Part shown: positions 57,816-64,000 of the stretch, piece after piece
Layout: every line of letters starts with the position of its first letter
How positions within the stretch are numbered: position 1 is the first letter of the stretch
Origin: Candidatus Sulfomarinibacteraceae bacterium
Lineage (GTDB): Bacteria; Acidobacteriota; Thermoanaerobaculia; Thermoanaerobaculales; Sulfomarinibacteraceae
Length of the DNA: 64,000 nt
Reading direction: 5' to 3'
Assembly (NCBI GenBank): GCA_963796455.1
Contig: CAWCLO010000001.1
Coordinates: 608,001 to 672,000, forward strand
Position numbers and translations under genes: made by a program
The notes under the pieces: model-generated
Seen by the model: the letters and a program-made list of their open reading frames with translations, nothing else
What the model was told of the DNA's origin: nothing
The model's database searches: none

Positions 57816-60113
57816 ATGAACGTCCAGATCGAACAATTCTCCTACGACGACGCCATCGTCCGAAAATTCACTCTGATGACCCTTGTCTGGGGTGTGGTCG
57901 GGATGCTGGTGGGTGTCATCGTCGCACTCCAGTTGGCGGCACCGGTCTTCAACTTCGAATTTTCGCTCATCTCCTTCGGTCGGCTCCGTCCGCTGCACAC
58001 CAATGCGGTGATCTTTGCCTTCGCGGGCAATGCCGTCTTTGCCGGGGTCTACTATTCGATGCAGCGGTTGCTCAAAACACCGATGTTTTCGAAGGCGCTG
58101 AGTGCCGTCCACTTCTGGGGCTGGCAGCTGATCATCGTTGCAGCGGCGGTGACCTTGCCGCTCGGCATCACCCAGGGCAAGGAATACGCCGAACTCCAGT
58201 GGCCGATCGACATCGCCATCGCGGTGGTGTGGTTGACCTTCGCATTCAACGTTTTCGGGACGATCGCCAAACGCCGAGAACGCCACATCTACGTTGCCAT
58301 CTGGTTCTACATCGCCACCGTCGTGACCATCACCCTGCTCCACGTATTCAACAACCTCGTGGTTCCGGCCGGTCTCTGGCGCAGCTATCCGATCTACGCC
58401 GGTGTGCAGGACGCCTTCATGCAGTGGTGGTACGGACACAATGCCGTCGGATTCCTGCTCACCACGCCTTTCCTCGGGATGATGTACTACTTCCTGCCAA
58501 AGGCGGCCAACCGCCCGGTCTTCTCCTACCGTTTGTCGATCATCCATTTCTGGTCGCTGGTCTTTCTCTACATCTGGGCCGGTCCCCACCACCTCCACTA
58601 CACCGCGTTGCCGGCCTGGGCCTCGACACTCGGCATGCTCTTCTCCGTCATGCTGTGGATGCCGTCCTGGGGAGGCATGCTCAACGGTCTGCTGACCCTC
58701 CGAGGCGCTTGGGACAAGGTCGCCTCGGACACGGTCCTGAAGTTCTTCGTGGTGGCCATCACCTTCTATGGCATGTCCACTTTCGAGGGCCCTCTGCTGT
58801 CGGTCAAAATCGTCAATCTGCTTTCCCACTACACCGACTGGACCATCGCCCACGTCCACGCAGGCGCCCTCGGTTGGGTCGGGTTCCTGATCTTCGGGAT
58901 GATCTATTGGTTGCTGCCGAGACTTTTCCAGACCGAGCTGTGGAGCCGCAAACTGGCCGAAATCCACTTCTGGCTCGGCACAATCGGCATCCTGCTCTAT
59001 ATCGTCGCCATCTACGCAGCCGGTTTGACCCAGGGACTGATGTGGCTGGCCTTCGACGACGAGGGCTACCTCAAGTATGGCGATTTCGTGGAAACCACCC
59101 TGCGCCTCATTCCCATGTACTGGGTCCGGGTCATCGGCGGCGTCGCCTATCTCGGCGGCGCGCTCCTGATGGGTGTCAATTTCTTCATGACCTGGCGCAG
59201 TCGTCCCTCCGTCTACGAGGTGCCGGTGCACGAGGCACCCGCCCTGTCCAAAACCTATGTCGATCATCCCGAACCGGAGACCGAGCTCCAGAAAAGCGGC
59301 GCCCACGTCGTCAACGTGGCCTACAAAATCGATCGCTTCTTTTCGACGAGTTGGCACCGCAAGTGGGAGCGGCTGCCGGTCAAATTCACTCTGGCGGTCC
59401 TGATCGCTGTCGTCGTGGCCTCGCTCTTCGAGATCATCCCGACCTTCTTGATCAAATCCAATGTCCCAACCATCGCCACCGTGACGCCTTATACCCCCCT
59501 CGAGCTGGCGGGTCGCGATCTCTACCTCGCGGAGGGCTGTTACAACTGCCATTCGCAGATGATCCGACCGATCCGCGCCGAGACCGAGCGCTACGGCGAA
59601 TACTCCAAACCCGGCGAGTTCGTGTGGGACCACCCCTTCCAATGGGGCTCGCGCCGCATCGGTCCGGATCTCCAGCGCATCGGCGGTAAATACCCGGATC
59701 TGTGGCACGTCCGGCACATGGACGACCCACGCGCGATCACCGCCGGTTCGATCATGCCCGCCTACCCGTGGATGCTGACCAAGGACCTGGATTTCGAGGC
59801 GATTCAAAAAATAGTGCGCGCCCACCAGATCCTCGGCGTGCCCTACGCCGATGAAGAGGTCGCCGGCAGTATCGCGGCAGCGCGGGAACAGGCAGCTGCC
59901 ATCGCCGAAGAAATCGTGGTTCAGGGCGGACCCGACGGGCTCGCCGAAAAACAGATCGTGGCCCTGATCGCCTATCTGCAGCGGATGGGAACCGACATCA
60001 CCAAGCCGGAACCCGTCGCGGTCGAGGAAGAGATGGGGCCTGCCGATCCTCCGGTCGAGGAGGAGGAAGTCGCTGACGCCGAAGCAACCGCGGCTGATGA
60101 GGAGGCTTCATGA
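57816..60113 (+). CDS. ccoNO: cbb3-type cytochrome c oxidase fused subunits I+II
   Basis: GRLRPLHT, WWYGHN, GPHHLH, EGCYNCHSQM and WGSRRIGPDL motifs. Confidence 0.96.
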   Translation: MNVQIEQFSYDDAIVRKFTLMTLVWGVVGMLVGVIVALQLAAPVFNFEFSLISFGRLRPLHTNAVIFAFAGNAVFAGVYYSMQRLLKTPMFSKALSAVHFWGWQLIIVAAAVTLPLGITQGKEYAELQWPIDIAIAVVWLTFAFNVFGTIAKRRERHIYVAIWFYIATVVTITLLHVFNNLVVPAGLWRSYPIYAGVQDAFMQWWYGHNAVGFLLTTPFLGMMYYFLPKAANRPVFSYRLSIIHFWSLVFLYIWAGPHHLHYTALPAWASTLGMLFSVMLWMPSWGGMLNGLLTLRGAWDKVASDTVLKFFVVAITFYGMSTFEGPLLSVKIVNLLSHYTDWTIAHVHAGALGWVGFLIFGMIYWLLPRLFQTELWSRKLAEIHFWLGTIGILLYIVAIYAAGLTQGLMWLAFDDEGYLKYGDFVETTLRLIPMYWVRVIGGVAYLGGALLMGVNFFMTWRSRPSVYEVPVHEAPALSKTYVDHPEPETELQKSGAHVVNVAYKIDRFFSTSWHRKWERLPVKFTLAVLIAVVVASLFEIIPTFLIKSNVPTIATVTPYTPLELAGRDLYLAEGCYNCHSQMIRPIRAETERYGEYSKPGEFVWDHPFQWGSRRIGPDLQRIGGKYPDLWHVRHMDDPRAITAGSIMPAYPWMLTKDLDFEAIQKIVRAHQILGVPYADEEVAGSIAAAREQAAAIAEEIVVQGGPDGLAEKQIVALIAYLQRMGTDITKPEPVAVEEEMGPADPPVEEEEVADAEATAADEEAS

Positions 60114-60319
60114 GTCTGACGGACATCATGTCGGCGGCCGGTCTCTCGTCGTGGACCGAGATCGCGCTGATTCTCTGCTTCATCAGCTTTTCGGCAATCG
60201 TGTTCTGGGTCTTCGTCGTGCGACGCAAACCCTCATATGAGCACCTGCGCCATCTGCCGCTCGAGGACAACGGGAACGGCCCATCGCAACCCGCCGCGAA
60301 TGGAGGCAACTCATCGTGA
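60110..60319 (+). CDS. ccoQ: cbb3 oxidase small subunit
   Basis: Single TM, LPLED motif, position between ccoO and ccoP. Confidence 0.8.
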   Translation: MSLTDIMSAAGLSSWTEIALILCFISFSAIVFWVFVVRRKPSYEHLRHLPLEDNGNGPSQPAANGGNSS

Positions 60320-61002
60320 CTGACAAACAACCGGATCAGCAGCCGACCGCCCCGGACTCGGACCACCTCCTGGACCACGCCTATGACGGCATTCAGGAGT
60401 ACGACAACCCACTGCCACGGTGGTGGCTGGCCATCTTCTGGGCAACCATCATCTTCACACCGCTTTATGTTCTCTATTTTCACTTCGGCGCCGGCCTGCT
60501 TGCGGTGGACAGCTACGATCAGGAGATGATCGCGTTTTACGACAAACAGGCGGAACAGCTGTTGGCACTGGGTGAAATCTCCGAGACCATGCTCTCCGAT
60601 CTGACCGTCGACCCGAGCATGATGAACGGCGGCAAAAAGATCTTCCAGGCAAAATGTGCCACCTGCCACGGGATGTTTGGCGAAGGCGGCATCGGACCAA
60701 ATCTGACGGACGAATACTGGCTTCACGGAACGCAGTATCTCGAGGTCTATGCAACCGTCCGCGACGGTGTGACCGCCAAAGGCATGTTGGCGTGGGAGCG
60801 CCAACTTCGACCCGCCGAGCTGATGGCGGTGAGCGCCTATGTGGGAACCCTCCTCGGGTCGGATCCTCCGAACGCCAAAGAAGCTCAGGGAAACCTCGTC
60901 GTCCGGCTGCCCGCGTCCGAGATCGATGCCGGGACCGAAGCCGCAGAAGCTGTTGCTGAAGAAGGGGCTGAAGAGGTCGCATCCGAACCGGCCGCATCCT
61001 GA
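60316..61002 (+). CDS. ccoP: cbb3 oxidase subunit III (monoheme type)
   Basis: HAYDGIQEYDNPLPRWW, CATCH and GPNLTD motifs. Confidence 0.92.
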   Translation: MTDKQPDQQPTAPDSDHLLDHAYDGIQEYDNPLPRWWLAIFWATIIFTPLYVLYFHFGAGLLAVDSYDQEMIAFYDKQAEQLLALGEISETMLSDLTVDPSMMNGGKKIFQAKCATCHGMFGEGGIGPNLTDEYWLHGTQYLEVYATVRDGVTAKGMLAWERQLRPAELMAVSAYVGTLLGSDPPNAKEAQGNLVVRLPASEIDAGTEAAEAVAEEGAEEVASEPAAS

Positions 61003-61012
61003 GGCAAATTTC

Positions 61013-62413
61013 GTGGCCACGACATCAAATGCTCCGGAGGCCCAGGAACGGGTCCTTTCGACCCTCAACCGGGACGGGTCCCGGCGCTGGATCCGGCCCA
61101 AACTCTCCAAGGGGAAACACTATCGCCGGCGTTTGATCACGGGCTGGGCGCTGATCGCGACCTTCACCCTGATCCCGATCATCAAGGTCGGCGGCAAACC
61201 GCTGATTCTGCTCGACGTGCCGAAAAGAGAATTCACCTTCTTTGGTGCGACTTTTCTGCCGACCGACACCTTTTTATTGATGTTGTTGCTGTTTTCGATC
61301 TTTATCGGAATCTTTCTGGTCACCGCCGTCCTCGGCCGGGTGTGGTGCGGATGGGCCTGCCCCCAGACCGTCTACATGGAGTTTCTCTACCGCCCGATCG
61401 AGGTCCTCATCGAGGGCGGCCGCACCAAACAGCTCAAGCTCGACGCCGAAGGCGCCAATGCCCGCCGCCTGCTCAAAAACGTGGTCTTCCTGTTCGTCTC
61501 GGCCTTCCTCGCAAATACCTTCCTCGCCTATTTCGTGAGTTGGGAGCAACTTCTCAGCTGGATGACCGGTTCGCCCACCACACACCCGGTCGCCTTCGCC
61601 TTGATGCTCGGCACCACCCTGTTAATGTTTTTCGATTTTGCCTACTTTCGCGAACAGACTTGTATCGTCGCCTGCCCGTACGGCCGCTTCCAGTCGGTTC
61701 TGCTCGACCGGCAATCGTTGATCGTCGCTTACGACAAGGACCGCGGTGAAGTCCGGCAGAAGTGGCGTAAAAATGAAGAGCGGAAGGCCGGCGACTGCAT
61801 CGACTGCAATTTGTGTGTCAGCACCTGTCCGACCGGAATCGATATCCGTGACGGCCTCCAGATGGAGTGCATCCACTGTACACAATGCATCGATGCCTGC
61901 GACGAGGTCATGAACCGGGTCGGTCTCGAACCCGGTCTGATCCGCTACACCTCACAGGCCGAGCTCGCCAGCGGCAAAAGATCATTTTTCCGCCCGAGGG
62001 TCTTTGTCTACTCAGCCATCCTGCTCGTGATGTTCGGCACCTTCACCGTCTCGCTGGCCGGCAAGAGCAGCGCCGATGTCACGGTTCTGCGCGGTCTCGG
62101 GGCGCCCTTTACGATCCTCCCGGGGGGTGAGGTTTCGAATCAGATTCGGATAAAGATCGCCAACCGATCTCCCGAGGAACGCTCCTATCTCGTCGAACTC
62201 GTCGACGCCGGTGATCTGGTACTGATCGCGCCGGAAAACCCGTTGACCGTCGCTCCAGGAGAAACCGAAATGACCGGCGCATTTATCACCGGCCCGGCAT
62301 CCGTCTTCGCGGGTGGTGATATCGCCATCACTTTGAGAATTGGCGACGGGTCGGATTTTTCGACCGACCGGCCCTACCGACTGCTCGGTCCGGCAACGAC
62401 CGGAGGTGGATGA
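61013..62413 (+). CDS. ccoG: cbb3 oxidase accessory protein, 4Fe-4S
   Basis: GRVWCGWACPQT, CPYGRFQS and CIDCNLCVSTCPTGIDIR motifs. Confidence 0.95.
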   Translation: MATTSNAPEAQERVLSTLNRDGSRRWIRPKLSKGKHYRRRLITGWALIATFTLIPIIKVGGKPLILLDVPKREFTFFGATFLPTDTFLLMLLLFSIFIGIFLVTAVLGRVWCGWACPQTVYMEFLYRPIEVLIEGGRTKQLKLDAEGANARRLLKNVVFLFVSAFLANTFLAYFVSWEQLLSWMTGSPTTHPVAFALMLGTTLLMFFDFAYFREQTCIVACPYGRFQSVLLDRQSLIVAYDKDRGEVRQKWRKNEERKAGDCIDCNLCVSTCPTGIDIRDGLQMECIHCTQCIDACDEVMNRVGLEPGLIRYTSQAELASGKRSFFRPRVFVYSAILLVMFGTFTVSLAGKSSADVTVLRGLGAPFTILPGGEVSNQIRIKIANRSPEERSYLVELVDAGDLVLIAPENPLTVAPGETEMTGAFITGPASVFAGGDIAITLRIGDGSDFSTDRPYRLLGPATTGGG

Positions 62414-62910
62414 TGAAGCCCGGTACCCTGTGGCCGTGGATAATCGGTGGGGCCCTCGTCCTGCATGTGGTCGTGATGCTGGGGGTCGTCTTCTTTGCTG
62501 CATCCGATTCGTCCTATGCGGTCGAAGAGGACTACTACCAGAAGGCGATCGATTGGGACCAGAAACGAGCTCAGGATCGCGATAACGAAAATCTCGGCTG
62601 GTTGCTGGAATTCGAGGTCAACCCACCCCAGATTCCCGGCGATCAACCGACCGTCGTGGTCCGCCTCGAGGACGCTCTCGGCGAGCCCTTGGCCGACGCG
62701 ACGGTCGATCTCGAAACATTCCACAATGCACGCAGCGATGACATCATCCGCGTCCGGGTCGATGCCTCCGACGAAGCCGGTCTTTATTCGGTCGCACCCG
62801 CTATGCGCCACAACGGCCTGTGGGAACTCCGCTTTACCGTAACCCTTGGAGAGGACACATTCACCTTCGCTGAAACACGCCACCTTTTTGTCGAAGGAAG
62901 CTGGTTATGA
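62410..62910 (+). CDS. ccoH: FixH/CcoH family protein
   Basis: N-terminal TM, VEEDYY motif, follows ccoG. Confidence 0.8.
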   Translation: MMKPGTLWPWIIGGALVLHVVVMLGVVFFAASDSSYAVEEDYYQKAIDWDQKRAQDRDNENLGWLLEFEVNPPQIPGDQPTVVVRLEDALGEPLADATVDLETFHNARSDDIIRVRVDASDEAGLYSVAPAMRHNGLWELRFTVTLGEDTFTFAETRHLFVEGSWL

Positions 62911-62911
62911 A

Positions 62912-63016
62912 TTTGGAGTTCGGAGTTCGGAGTTCGGAGTTGCCGCACGTGCTTTTGTGTCGTTTCGGGCGGGTGGGCGCCATTCCGAATTCCGAATTCC
63001 GAATTCCGAACTCTGG
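62912..63016. repeat. Inverted heptamer arrays (GGAGTTC)n ... (TCCGAAT)n inside the cco operon
   Basis: About 4 units on each side. Confidence 0.9.
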
Positions 63017-63031
63017 AAACGGGAACGTTGC

Positions 63032-63787
63032 GTGACGACTCTGTTGTTAACCGTTTTCGTGGCGAGCCTTGTGGGCTCATTGCACTGCATCGGAATGTGC
63101 GGGCCATTCGTAGCTTTTTATTCAGGCGCTGATGGATCAGGCGGTGCAAAACGCCTCCTCAGTCACAGCGCCTACTCGGCCGGAAGACTGCTCACCTACG
63201 CCCTGTTCGGTCTCGCGGCCGGTTCGGTGGGCGCGGCCCTCGATGTCGCCGGATCGCTGGCCGGCGTGCAACGGATTGCAGGTTTTGTCGCCGGCGGGGT
63301 GATGATTCTGTGGGGAGTAGTGGCCTTGCTGCAACTGCGCGGCGTCAAGATTTTTCGACACGGCTCCGGCAACGGCCGGGTTGCCAGGGCACTTCGCCGC
63401 GGGTTTTCAGTGGTGAGCAACAAACCGCCGATCGTGCGCGCCGGGGTCGTCGGTCTTCTATCGGGCTTTCTGCCCTGTGGATGGTTGTGGGCATTCGTCG
63501 TCACCGCTGCCGGCACCGGAAACGCCCTCACAGGGGCCGCCGTAATGACCGCGTTCTGGGCGGGAACCGTGCCCGCGCTCCTCGCGGTGGGCTTTGGCAC
63601 CCAACTCGTGAGCGCCCCGTTACGCCGCCACATTCCCGCCGTCACCGCCATCCTCTTGGTTGGGCTGGGGCTGTTGGCGATCATCGGAAGGCCGGCCTCC
63701 GTCACCGCCGCCATCAACAAACACCAGCACAGCCATGAAGTCCCCGCACCCGAAGACGCCGCCGCTTCCTGCTGTGAAGCCGAATAG
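63032..63787 (+). CDS. DsbD_2/TauE-like membrane protein (cbb3 assembly)
   Basis: SLHCIGMCGP, GRLLTY and GFLPCG motifs. Confidence 0.88.
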   Translation: MTTLLLTVFVASLVGSLHCIGMCGPFVAFYSGADGSGGAKRLLSHSAYSAGRLLTYALFGLAAGSVGAALDVAGSLAGVQRIAGFVAGGVMILWGVVALLQLRGVKIFRHGSGNGRVARALRRGFSVVSNKPPIVRAGVVGLLSGFLPCGWLWAFVVTAAGTGNALTGAAVMTAFWAGTVPALLAVGFGTQLVSAPLRRHIPAVTAILLVGLGLLAIIGRPASVTAAINKHQHSHEVPAPEDAAASCCEAE

Positions 63788-63841
63788 AATCTCAGGATCC
63801 GAGCACCCATTCAATACGCATGGCGACGTCGGCCGGGTGAG

Positions 63842-63933
63842 AAACGCAAAGACGCCAAGATCGCGAAGTCGCCGCAAGCGTTTCGAACGCCATTATCAAG
63901 ACTTCTTTGCGATCTTTGCGTCTTCGCGGTTTT
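63842..63933. repeat. Inverted 9-mer arrays (CGCAAAGAC-like ... TCTTTGCG-like)
   Basis: Seen directly. Confidence 0.8.
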
Positions 63934-64000
63934 TATGCTGTTGAAACTGGTCTAGATTGACCGGCCCGCCAACAACGTTCAATCCGCCTGCTCTTGGGTC

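Overview
GC-rich bacterial chromosomal window, probably Acidobacteriota (inferred from a PadR + duplicated orphan permease pair and an Oar-like TonB-dependent receptor). It holds about 50 genes. Housekeeping and transport genes include pyrR (partial), queF, ppk2, K+ channel, trkAH, fetAB, dinB, glgC and fabH. There is an anaerobic respiration island (c-type cytochrome, DUF3373-like porin, octaheme Otr-like protein, decaheme MtrA/DmsE-like protein and a beta-barrel with an in-frame UGA plus SECIS-like hairpin), a type III PKS/FAAL cluster, a CHASE2-kinase/sigma54-regulator/FecR triad, heme A and heme O synthases and a cbb3 oxidase operon. The most unusual signal is non-coding. Most larger intergenic gaps carry 6-9-nt tandem arrays arranged as polarised inverted arms around palindromic cores. 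Three of them contain the same cassette: long imperfect inverted arms, an Avd/four-helix-bundle gene and a hairpin that sequesters its RBS. One copy is intact and two are internally deleted at different breakpoints. No transposase, reverse transcriptase, CRISPR array, rRNA or tRNA was seen. Family names come from motif recognition by eye, not database searches.
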